Part shown: in pieces, positions 9,423-19,500 of the stretch
Layout: each line of letters starts with the position of its first letter
How positions within the stretch are numbered: position 1 is the stretch's first letter
Source: a virus
Lineage: Duplodnaviria > Caudoviricetes
DNA length: 64,000 nucleotides
Direction: 5' to 3' (one strand)
IMG/VR virus record: IMGVR_UViG_3300012347_000469
Span: 1 to 64,000 of that record
Made by a program: the position numbers and the translations under genes
Notes under the pieces: generated by a model
The model's database searches: none
The model's input: only the letters and a program-made list of their open reading frames with translations
Told to the model about the DNA's origin: nothing

Positions 9423-9914
9423 TTATATTCCCCAACTTAATACAAGACTATACTTCGGTTGTTCATCTTGTTCTATTTTTGTAACCTCATGCTCTAACTG
9501 AATAGGCATTTCTAAGTAAGCACCCGGCTCTTCGTTTACTAAATGTCCGGTACCGTCTGCATCGTACCACTTAAAATGCGGGCGATCACTTCTTAAAAAT
9601 ATTAATTTAAATTTCCAATATTCGCCCACTGAATCTCGGTGTCTTAACAAAAAGTCTCCCGGATCGTACCTATTAAGAGTAATTGTTTGTGCTTTTTTGT
9701 CTTCATTACTAAGAGTTTTGAATATAGTCGATTTGAGATTATCGCTCATATTAAACATAAACAACGATTTTAAACAACTATCGCCGTACTGTGTTGAAAA
9801 ATTATACAAATTTCCCGGGGACCGATTTGAAAAATTATCTTTTTCTTTCTCAGCAAGCTGTATAATCTCATCAACATTTTTTATATAATTTTTAACAAGA
9901 TTAACTCGATACAT
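9423..9914 (-). CDS. 2OG-Fe(II) oxygenase superfamily protein (163 aa)
   Basis: TLNRYDPGDFLLRHRDS (HxD)...LEHEVTKI (distal His)...KYSLVLSW (K in the usual RxS position). Confidence 0.75.
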   Translation of the reverse strand: MYRVNLVKNYIKNVDEIIQLAEKEKDNFSNRSPGNLYNFSTQYGDSCLKSLFMFNMSDNLKSTIFKTLSNEDKKAQTITLNRYDPGDFLLRHRDSVGEYWKFKLIFLRSDRPHFKWYDADGTGHLVNEEPGAYLEMPIQLEHEVTKIEQDEQPKYSLVLSWGI

Positions 9915-11808
9915 ATACCCAAGTATCCTTTGTTGATCGATATACTAAATTGTTATTTCTAAATGGATTAAATACCGTAGGCGTTACTGTTACATTAGAT
10001 ACATAAGTAAGACTAATATATCGTCGTGTAGTCATAACGGCTGTTGTGGTAATATTTTGCATAGTCGATGCAATCCTACATATTGTGCCTACTGGTAAAT
10101 CATAAGGAGGAGATAACGCATTAATAATTGAAACTACTGAATTTGGGCCAGATCCGGTTATGTCAAGTCCGTTAGTATCTAAACTAAATGCTAACGGTCT
10201 TCCTAGTATAAAATTATCAACATAATCTTTATTTACTGCATGTGTGCCTATACTCGGAACCTGTGGAATTGTTAAATATCCATTAATTGTTACTTCACCT
10301 GATATTGTTCCGCCAGTTAATGGAACCTTTGACGGATCTGTAACAGTAATGTCACTGCTTCCGTCAAACGGAACTGAGTTAATTCTTCTTGCAGTCTTTA
10401 ATACTGTTGCAGAATCTGCATTACCAAATAGGTTTGCTGCATAAATATTTCCAAACTTTTTAGTAGGTGCACCGATATTAGATACATTATCACCTAGTAT
10501 AGCCGAGGCAAATAACCCGCCAGCTGTTAACCCATACGCTGATGTTGCAAATGTTATAGACGGTCCCGCTTCGAGTATCAACTGTAACGAATCTGCTTGC
10601 CCTCTAACTGTAGGCACCCCGGACTCTACTCGAATTTTTAATTTATCATTACTAATCGAAATACCTGCATCTGCAATCGATAAATCAGAAAGTGTTCCAA
10701 CTTTTTCTAAATTTGAAATTTTAACATTACTGTTAATAAATCCGCCACCTAAAAATTCAGCGTTAGTAGGGACAACAATGTTTTGTGTACCGTCAAATGC
10801 TACGCCGTTAATTAATCGAGGACTGGCTAATCTAGAAGCCGATCCTGCATTTCCAGAAAAAGTACTGCCAGTAATAGCATTGCATGAAATATCATTAAAT
10901 GAACTAGTTCCTGATACAGTAGTTACATTACCCAATAATGTTCCAGATATACTCGATGCTTTAATATTACCAGCTTCAAAATTTCCAGCTGCGTCTCTAG
11001 AAATAATCTTATTACCTTCGTTAAAAGGAGTAGCATTTACATCCCATATAACTTGCGAAGACCCGTTAAAATCTCCACCAATTATGAAATTACCTTGTAT
11101 AAGACTATTTGTAGTATTAGATGTAATAGTGATATCGGTTGTTCCGTCATACGTAATTCCGTTAATTTTACGTGAAGTTTCAAACTTAGTCGCAGTTTTT
11201 GCATTGCCATCTAATGTACTTTTAATAGTTGCTAGTGACGATACGGTTAGCCCTTTGCCTAACTTATAAAATCCAGCAATGCTATTTGAATCATTGATGA
11301 TAAATTCTTCAGCTGCCCAAATTGCATCTATAGAATTATTCACGTACATTTTAATTACTGCGTGTGCTACATTTACATTATCTATTATTTGCGATGATTC
11401 GGCACGAGTTGTACCAAATCCAGGAACCGCTTGAGGGCCAATTAGTTCCCAAACAATACCTGTAAATATATACAATTGGTTAGACGTAGACTTTAACCAA
11501 AATGCGCCAATTGCTTCTCCGGGAGGAGTATCCGAGATAGTCGGTGATCCAATTGGTGACCAACCAGAACCATTATATACAAACAACGCAGGAATTTTAG
11601 TGTCATACCATGTTTGTCCCGTTACTGGTTTCGATGGAGCAGACGGTCCTGAGAAATTTTCAAGTAGAAATACAAAATTTTCATTTTGTATTTCTCCGTA
11701 TCCTGTATAATTTCTGCCCACTAGTCCAAGACTAGTCGAAATATCAAGTGTTGCATCTTCTAAAGTAACTAGAACTGATCCATCCGATTTGTTAATTATG
11801 TACGCCAT
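9901..11808 (-). CDS. tail/baseplate fibre (635 aa)
   Basis: Shared N-terminal domain (GRNYTGYGEIQNENFVFLLENF); three internal repeats resembling (S/T)AxxLxxxRxINxxx(F/Y)DG at ~11130-11205, ~10775-10845 and ~10340-10415. Confidence 0.7.
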   Translation of the reverse strand: MAYIINKSDGSVLVTLEDATLDISTSLGLVGRNYTGYGEIQNENFVFLLENFSGPSAPSKPVTGQTWYDTKIPALFVYNGSGWSPIGSPTISDTPPGEAIGAFWLKSTSNQLYIFTGIVWELIGPQAVPGFGTTRAESSQIIDNVNVAHAVIKMYVNNSIDAIWAAEEFIINDSNSIAGFYKLGKGLTVSSLATIKSTLDGNAKTATKFETSRKINGITYDGTTDITITSNTTNSLIQGNFIIGGDFNGSSQVIWDVNATPFNEGNKIISRDAAGNFEAGNIKASSISGTLLGNVTTVSGTSSFNDISCNAITGSTFSGNAGSASRLASPRLINGVAFDGTQNIVVPTNAEFLGGGFINSNVKISNLEKVGTLSDLSIADAGISISNDKLKIRVESGVPTVRGQADSLQLILEAGPSITFATSAYGLTAGGLFASAILGDNVSNIGAPTKKFGNIYAANLFGNADSATVLKTARRINSVPFDGSSDITVTDPSKVPLTGGTISGEVTINGYLTIPQVPSIGTHAVNKDYVDNFILGRPLAFSLDTNGLDITGSGPNSVVSIINALSPPYDLPVGTICRIASTMQNITTTAVMTTRRYISLTYVSNVTVTPTVFNPFRNNNLVYRSTKDTWVYVSS

Positions 11809-11825
11809 TTATGATCCTTAAAATC

Positions 11826-13697
11826 TTATGCCTGGAATGCCCAAGCTCCTGCTGTTATTATGAATGTTTTTACTTCGCGAGTTACTTGAATTGTTTGAGC
11901 TGGAACAGTAACTGCACTAACTGACACATCCGATAATGGAAACCCAGTTCCAGTTGGCGTGTTATATTCAGTATTAAAACTCTTAACAACTTTCGAATTT
12001 ACATCTGCTACTGATGTTGAGTTAGTTATTATTGTACATAAAATTCTTGCGATAGTACCATTTTCGTGCTCGTTAGGCGGAGCAACTTGTGTTAGCAATT
12101 CTGCTACTTCTGCATTAGATGGTGAATCACTAATGTCCATACTTAACACTAATGATCTGCGACGTACAAAGTTTGTTACATATTTCTTAGTTGTAGCTTC
12201 GGATAACTCGTCTGCAGATAACGGAACTGCTGCTGTCGAGCTTGCTGTTTCTGCAACCTGCGACGGGTAGCTTTCATTTGTTGTAGTTAATCCATGTACT
12301 TTCTTTGCATCAACTACAACATTTCCTGTTCCGTCTGGAGATAATACAATATCAGCATTCGACGATCCAAGGGTAGAAATAATATTATTTTCAACATATA
12401 TATTTCCTATTGTAAAATTAACTTGGGGCCCGATTCCTGTTAAATTAGGAAATACAGATGCAAAACATGTAGTCGATGTTAGCATATCTACACCGTTAAT
12501 TTTATAAGATTTTGACGATGTTAAATTTATATTATCGTTTAAGTTCCACGAGCTATTGGCTTGGCCTGCTGTTGCTGTATTGTACAACCAAATAATTCCG
12601 TGATCTTCAGAACCATGTAACGTTATTCCGCCACCGTCGGCTTCCGAGTCAGATAATCTTGAACTATCAGATGATATACCCAATTCTATATTCTTACTTT
12701 CAACTCTTAAATCAGCAACATCAACATATACGCTTTGTCCCAGAACGGTTAGATCTCCGTTAACTAGCATATTACCACCAACAATAGTATTACTATCTAG
12801 TTTACCTTCATAGATCTTAACTTCTCGTGTACTGGTAGTAATGCTTATTGCTGTCTCTGCTTCGATATTTTTTCGAACTTTAATTTCAATATTTCTATTT
12901 GTTGCTGTGTTGCTAAGTCGAACTGTGCCAGAATCAACATCAAGAATACCTTGTCTTCCTGCTCCAAAAATTATGCCATCATCGGTTGATACAACCGTTT
13001 GTGCAGTAAATGTGTTAGGTTGATCTTTTCTAGCATAATTAGTAGCCAAAACGTTGTCAAGTCGATCAGAATTTGTAGTTGTTACGGCAAATTTAAGACC
13101 GCTTAATGTTCCTGAATTAAATCCCGGAACAATTAACTTGTCAACAACGTTGTCATTAAAACCTATAATTGTATTTTTAGGAATAAACTCATCTTTGGAA
13201 AATATACCAAGTAATGTACCACCTGTGTATAGATAAGTTACTACTCGAGTAATATTATTTTTATCTAAAATAGATACAACTTTTACACCACTAATACCTT
13301 GACTTGCAGAGTAATCAGGGCCAACTAATACCGTATTTGTTCCGTCGAAAAAGTATAATTGTTTATCTATATTATTATACCATAGATCACCTACTCCTAG
13401 TGCAGACGGTCTAGTATTCGATACTGATGCAGAGCTTACAGGAACAAAAGATGTTCCGTTGTAAACTTTTAATTTTGATTCTGTAGTATCGAACCATACT
13501 TGCCCTTTAATAGGGTGCGAAGGGCGTACAGAATTTGCAAAATTTTCTAATAATTTTACAAAATTTTCGTTTAATGCTTCGCCGAACCCGCTATAGTTTT
13601 TTCCAATTAATGTTATATCACTGGATAGTTGATCAACTTGTCCGTCTGCAACATTAGACAGAATAGTCCCATCTGTTTTGTTTATAAAATATGTCAT
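11826..13697 (-). CDS. tail/baseplate fibre (623 aa)
   Basis: Shared N-terminal domain (GKNYSGFGEALNENFVKLLENF); C-terminal domain similar to that of 9901-11808 (ATTKKYV...LVLSMD versus AVNKDYV...LAFSLD). Confidence 0.7.
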   Translation of the reverse strand: MTYFINKTDGTILSNVADGQVDQLSSDITLIGKNYSGFGEALNENFVKLLENFANSVRPSHPIKGQVWFDTTESKLKVYNGTSFVPVSSASVSNTRPSALGVGDLWYNNIDKQLYFFDGTNTVLVGPDYSASQGISGVKVVSILDKNNITRVVTYLYTGGTLLGIFSKDEFIPKNTIIGFNDNVVDKLIVPGFNSGTLSGLKFAVTTTNSDRLDNVLATNYARKDQPNTFTAQTVVSTDDGIIFGAGRQGILDVDSGTVRLSNTATNRNIEIKVRKNIEAETAISITTSTREVKIYEGKLDSNTIVGGNMLVNGDLTVLGQSVYVDVADLRVESKNIELGISSDSSRLSDSEADGGGITLHGSEDHGIIWLYNTATAGQANSSWNLNDNINLTSSKSYKINGVDMLTSTTCFASVFPNLTGIGPQVNFTIGNIYVENNIISTLGSSNADIVLSPDGTGNVVVDAKKVHGLTTTNESYPSQVAETASSTAAVPLSADELSEATTKKYVTNFVRRRSLVLSMDISDSPSNAEVAELLTQVAPPNEHENGTIARILCTIITNSTSVADVNSKVVKSFNTEYNTPTGTGFPLSDVSVSAVTVPAQTIQVTREVKTFIITAGAWAFQA

Positions 13698-13709
13698 GTA
13701 ATTGTTACC

Positions 13710-15830
13710 TTAAAATACAGGGGCTCCGCATCGAATAATATAATTTAGTGCTAAGTGCGGATTCATTACAGGATATGGTCGATTAGTTTCGCCTGTTGTT
13801 TTAATACCGCCTGATGTTGGTAGATACTGCACTTGATTAGTTGTCGTTCCGCCGGCACCCAATGATGCACCGGTATCGATAGGTACTCCAGTATCTAATC
13901 TCGATGCATAATACTGTTGACCAGTAGAACCTTTCATGCTATGTTCGTGATTAGGTAGACTAGAAATACTTAAAGTAAACTCTGAATTACCGCCAGTTCC
14001 CCCTAGCGTGCTTGCATCAATCCCTGGTACTCTGCCTGCAGGACCACCGCCAGCGTCATATGTAGCACTGCCATCTGATACTTGTATTCCGTTATCCATA
14101 TTATCTAATCCTAACGGAAATCTTCCACGTAAGTCAGGTAATCTAAAAGTTCCAGTGCCTACTAATGCAGATGTTCCATTATATACCGATCCTATGACTT
14201 GATATAATTTAGTATATTTTGCAATTAATACTTCTGACCCATCGCATAAAATATATCCAAACGGAACTGTATTACCTGCAAATGGCAATATTGTTCCAAT
14301 TGGAACTCCGAGATCTCCTACAAACGTATCTCGAGTTGCCTTTAATAAACCACTTACAGTAGGTCTATAAATTAATACATAATCATCTGGCAAGGAGTAA
14401 GATTTTTGTGGTATTGATAATGTTGTTACATCTTCTTTCGATGTAATTAACCCGGGACTAATACTAGTAACAAATGTTTTAGCTAATCCGCCAACAATAC
14501 CGTTGAATTGAAAACTAGGTGCTGTAATATCGCCGGAAATACTAAATGTTGTTTGCTGTTGTAATGATGTAGCCGTTAATGCATTGCCGTTAATACTACC
14601 TTCTAGTGCTCCCTGGATTGTTTCTGCAATAACTGTTTTAGTTACAATGCTATTCCAGCGTTGAGTTGGTGTTCCAAGATCGTATGTGTTAGATGATTGG
14701 GGGACAATATGCTGTAGGAAACTTTTAGAATTTACAGTTAGCTGATTATTTACTATTGCATTTTTTGCAACAAACATACCCCCAGCAATTACTGTTGATC
14801 CAGTTCCTGCATCAGATGCTAATGTGGTATCAGATACAAAAAGTTTACCGTTAAACTGGCTTGTACCAGTAACTACAAAATTTTCAGTAGGAGATAGGGT
14901 ATTAATACCCACATTGCCGTTCACTACTCGTAATATTGTTGCAGGACGTCCCGATACATTTGATTGCAGATCTATCGAACTGCCTGCAAAATTATTATAC
15001 AAATTTACAGAATTAGCAGAAGATGTGATACTAAATGTACTATCTAAACCAATAGTTATTCCGGTATCACTTTTAATATTAATTCCATTATCAACAACAT
15101 TAACAATATCCGATCTTAAAAATTTACTAGCATCGATTGTATTTCCCGCTATATGCAAGCCGTCTGCAGAAGTTGCAGACCCGTGCAACTTCGGTAAGAA
15201 TCCGCCGGCATAAATAGCTGTTTCGCTCAACACGTTTGAATCCGGAGAAACAACGTTAATACCTGCTCGTATAACAGAAAATTGCGGTATTACTTCTTTT
15301 GGAGTAAAACTATCTTTACTAATGATAATTATCGGATTATCTTCAACATCGACAATTAATACAACACGAGAAATATCGTTAGAATCAACAAGCTCTGCAA
15401 CCCGAAGACCGCTGCGCAATCCCGAACTAAAACTAGGCCCAACTAACACCCAATCAGATCCGCTAAAAACATTTAGTTGCTGATTAACTGTATCAACCCA
15501 TAATTCTCCTATTTTAGATTGATCAATTCCTGGCTGCACCGGACTCTTTTGTACGCCGCTTGCAGATTTCCAAGACGAACCATCCCATATAAGCAAAGAT
15601 GCAACTGCTGGATTTGAATTAAACCACACTTGCCCCTCAACTGGATTAACTGGTGCCGAAGTACTAGCGAAATTTTCCAACAGTGCTAAGAAATTCTCAG
15701 CAATTGCTTGGCCGTAACCAGTAACATTTCTGCCTGGAAATGTTAGACTAGTATCAGTATTCGATGTGTTATCAAATACAGTAATAGGTGTTTTTTGAGA
15801 ATTATCTGTATAATTTACGGTATATGGCAT
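13710..15830 (-). CDS. short-tail-fibre-like protein (706 aa) with a phage tail collar domain
   Basis: Shared N-terminal domain; VPIGTILPFAGNTVPFGYILCDGS...FRLPDLRGRFPLG and terminal NPHLALNYIIR match the tail-collar (T4 gp12-type) signature. Confidence 0.8.
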   Translation of the reverse strand: MPYTVNYTDNSQKTPITVFDNTSNTDTSLTFPGRNVTGYGQAIAENFLALLENFASTSAPVNPVEGQVWFNSNPAVASLLIWDGSSWKSASGVQKSPVQPGIDQSKIGELWVDTVNQQLNVFSGSDWVLVGPSFSSGLRSGLRVAELVDSNDISRVVLIVDVEDNPIIIISKDSFTPKEVIPQFSVIRAGINVVSPDSNVLSETAIYAGGFLPKLHGSATSADGLHIAGNTIDASKFLRSDIVNVVDNGINIKSDTGITIGLDSTFSITSSANSVNLYNNFAGSSIDLQSNVSGRPATILRVVNGNVGINTLSPTENFVVTGTSQFNGKLFVSDTTLASDAGTGSTVIAGGMFVAKNAIVNNQLTVNSKSFLQHIVPQSSNTYDLGTPTQRWNSIVTKTVIAETIQGALEGSINGNALTATSLQQQTTFSISGDITAPSFQFNGIVGGLAKTFVTSISPGLITSKEDVTTLSIPQKSYSLPDDYVLIYRPTVSGLLKATRDTFVGDLGVPIGTILPFAGNTVPFGYILCDGSEVLIAKYTKLYQVIGSVYNGTSALVGTGTFRLPDLRGRFPLGLDNMDNGIQVSDGSATYDAGGGPAGRVPGIDASTLGGTGGNSEFTLSISSLPNHEHSMKGSTGQQYYASRLDTGVPIDTGASLGAGGTTTNQVQYLPTSGGIKTTGETNRPYPVMNPHLALNYIIRCGAPVF

Positions 15831-15832
15831 AA

Positions 15833-16498
15833 TTAGACCTCGCTAAAACCAGTTAAACTCTGAATACGAATTGTGTAATCGATTTGTAATAACCGATTTA
15901 AACTTTTTTGAACTGGGTGAAAAATGACGTGGGTTAATAATTTACCGACTCCGTCTGGATTATACGATCGCAACCCTAATTCGTCAAAAACAAAATCACT
16001 TTGCATACTGACGCTGTTATCGAATGCTTCTTGACTAGCCGGCTCTCCGTAATCAAGAAAACACGAGACTACAATATCACTATAAGTAGCGCCACTAATG
16101 TGCCTCACTTCCATTTTATTTCGAACTGGATCTAAATTTTCTATAGAATTTTGATCTACTATTTTTTGATAAGTTTGATTATATAAGCCGGTATTCATTC
16201 CTACAGTATTCGGAGTTAAGTAACTAATCAACCCTGTCGGATCTACAATAGTACCCCCATTTCCGAACACCATTTGATAAATTGCCCCTTTACCCTGATT
16301 ACTTAAACTTTGCACCATTGCAACGCTTATGTTTTCATAATGTATCGCATTTCGTTTGTCAATAAAGACTTCGTTTGTCAATGGGTCAAATATTTTAATA
16401 TGCCCTTCAACATGAAACCCGCTATCTTCGTTTGGCGGAGTATCATTAGAAATTAATTTTTGTTCTTGCATCTCAGACTCTAACTGTTGTTGTTTCAT
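15833..16498 (-). CDS. putative baseplate/fibre-attachment protein (~221 aa)
   Basis: Start reassigned to MKQQQ at 16498 to remove the overlap with the giant ORF; motif FDELGL...LLTHVIFHPVQKSLNRLLQIDYTIRI; baseplate context. Confidence 0.55.
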   Translation of the reverse strand: MKQQQLESEMQEQKLISNDTPPNEDSGFHVEGHIKIFDPLTNEVFIDKRNAIHYENISVAMVQSLSNQGKGAIYQMVFGNGGTIVDPTGLISYLTPNTVGMNTGLYNQTYQKIVDQNSIENLDPVRNKMEVRHISGATYSDIVVSCFLDYGEPASQEAFDNSVSMQSDFVFDELGLRSYNPDGVGKLLTHVIFHPVQKSLNRLLQIDYTIRIQSLTGFSEV

Positions 16499-16502
16499 AA
16501 TG

Positions 16503-16510
16503 TATTTATT
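16503..16510 (-). promoter_or_regulatory. T4-type late promoter AATAAATA
   Basis: Overlaps the stop codon of the giant ORF, 4 nt before the ATG at 16498. Confidence 0.4.
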
Positions 16511-19500
16511 CAGGAATATCGGTTGTCTTTTGTAAAATAAAATTAACAATAGGATTATTATTTTTATGAAAAGTTACTCCTGCACTAGCTGTACTTTCTG
16601 CTTTATCATACCAAATTTTACCTACTCGTCTAATCATTGTAATTCGTGTACCGGCTGCAACTGGAGTAGTTAGTCGAATATAAGGAGTATCGCCGTCAAC
16701 GCTAAATTCTGCTTCGAGTATTTTAGAAGATAAATCACCTAACGGTCCTAAATCTTCACTATATACATCAAGTGGATCTTTTCTCAATCGAGTTCCGCCT
16801 GCAAAAATTTCTAATTGATCACATGCTCCGTAGTTGGCCGGAATGGTATCTCTATGCCACGCAGTTCTATTTGACATCAACGGAGTAAATTCCAACGGAC
16901 CTATTAATAAACTACTACCGTCGCTAACAAAATCGTATCGTTCTTGTTGATCTCTATAAGGAATTGTTTCAGGTATACTGCTGTCAGTAACAGCCATGCC
17001 AGCAGTATACACTTCGCCTATCGATGTACCTAAACTACCCCTGCGCAACTGCAATAACCTATTGCCTGTTTTTTGCAAATACTCAATTCTTTCCTTATTT
17101 ATTATTACAACACCTGGGATATTTCTTGAAGGAATAGGAGAAAATAGTAACGATGCATCATTAACTTCAATAAATTGATCGTAATAGTTTAAATCTTTAC
17201 TCAATACAACATTATGTTCAACAAATCTCTTAAAGTGATATACGTTTAGCATATCTTTAAAAATTTCGTAGGCACTTGTAGTAACTAAAATGTCATTGCC
17301 AAACTCAATAATTTTAATAATATCAGTTGTTGATGTTTCGATATTTAAATATAATTCTGCTCTAGAGATATTTACATCGTAGTCCTTATTATTAGATAAT
17401 CGAATACCATTGTTATATACCCATAAGTAATTTGAATCCACTGGTCTCTTCGACAACTTATACTTAACTTTACCGCCAACATATTGATCTGAAACAATAT
17501 CAAAACTTGGATAGTCACTAAACCAAATAATATCAAAAACGTCGCCTGCTGTCATTGTATCAGTTAGTCGACTTGATAATATTAGTGAATTGTTAGCTAC
17601 ATCGTAATCACTTAATATAGAAATAATTATTTTAATTTCGTCATTTAATGATAAGTAATCAGAATTTATTGTAACTTTTTTTGTTGTGCTATTAAATGTA
17701 TATACAATTATAGCCGGTTGCAATTCATTGTTAATATATAAAGAAATATCATTGAGTGTAATAGTACCAGGTTGTAACTGCGGGTCTTTTCCGATTTCTA
17801 CAACATTGTTTAATCCAGTATAAATTTGAATTACTGTGTCAGGTCCTACTAATTGTTTTCCGTTTAATTCCACAATCAACGACGAACTTGCAGACGACTT
17901 TTCTAAATTTACAAAGTTATCTAATTCTAATATAGAAGTACTACCGTCATACACTATAGTTTGATTGTTAACCCTGATTAAAGTAGGAGTTGTTGTTTGC
18001 GTACCTGCAGCCGATCCTACGCATACAATTTTAATTGTTGCTCCGAATTCCGGAGTATATCCTAATTGTACAATAGTACGATCTTGTACTGATGAGTATT
18101 CAGAACTATTATAATATACTGATGATACTTCATTGCCGTTTACTATAACTAACACTGAACTAGTTTGCATATATTTTGCATGAGTTAAATAAAAGTCAGT
18201 AGTTCCGTCACTTACAAATTCACGATAATCAAGTAAATTTGCACCTCCTATTCCAATTGAAATTAACTCAATTGATGATCCTGCACTAGGTATTTCATTA
18301 AAAATTACAGTATTTGATGAATAGTCAATTTGGTAGTTAGTAACTCGATTTTTGTCAACATACACTAATAGCGAGGTTGATTCTAAAATAACGAGCCCTA
18401 TATCGTATACCGCAGTTACTCCATTACTGTAATATAATCTGTTTTGCAGAGGTGCAGCTCCTTGTAAAGGTGTATGATATAATTTAATAGATACACTATC
18501 TAATACTTGGCCAGGGACGTTTTCTTCAGTAGCAGGAACATTATCTACATTTATGAATTTGTCACCGTCTACGATAATTTCATCAACAGTTCTTCCAGTA
18601 GCAGTGATATAGGCTCCTTCCATTACTGCAAGAGATCCGCCACTTAGTCGAGTATCAATAATATTCGGATCGTTAATAATTACAGAACCGTCGCTATCAA
18701 TTGGTCGGAATATTAAAGTATCGCCTTCATTTATAGCAAAATATAGTAAATTAGTAGCAGGGTCGATTAAATCTACAGTTGTTGTAACACCGTCTCCGAT
18801 AAAAGTCGGTATTAATGCGCTACCTGACGGATAATCATCACCGTCAACTCTTACTGGTCGCTGATCGTATACTGCAGGATTCGATACGTATAACGGTGCA
18901 CTTTCGGTACCGATATTATCGATATTTTGCATGGTAGTTATAGTTGCTCTCTTAATATAAATTGATATTAATTGTCCAGCAAGAGGAGCTGTCGGTAATT
19001 CAACATACGGTGTGATTCCGTCAGCAACATAGTAAAAATCTGAAAGAGTTTCTACACTATCCCAATTATCTGTAAACCATGGTAAAGCGTCCCATCCACC
19101 GGTTACATCAAATGTTGTACCTTGAATTTGTACACCGCCAAAGTCAACTCCAGTCATTAGCTGTGGGATTTCTTTTCCAATCATGCCTGCTAGAGGAGAA
19201 TAATATTTCTGAATTCTATTAGCAGCATCTAAATATTCGTCATTTCTATCGTATGTTATTGTAATAATATCACCAGCTGCCGGTGGTACTGCAAGTATTA
19301 ATTTTCCTTTTAATAAATTAAAACTATCTATGTTTGATTTATAAAATGTTATTGAATATTCGTTAGTTAATATTAATTGTGAATTAATTAATACCACAAT
19401 TTTACTCTTATCTCTGCTAGGTGCATATTTTAAATTAAATATCGATGTAAACCCGGGTGATATAAACTCTTCAACTTGTTCATATGTTTGCAAAATTCCA

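Noticed and set aside
16499-16549. Track start of the 238-aa ORF overlapping the giant ORF
   Set aside because: A 44-bp same-strand overlap with no RBS; the ATG at 16498 (or 16471) is more plausible.
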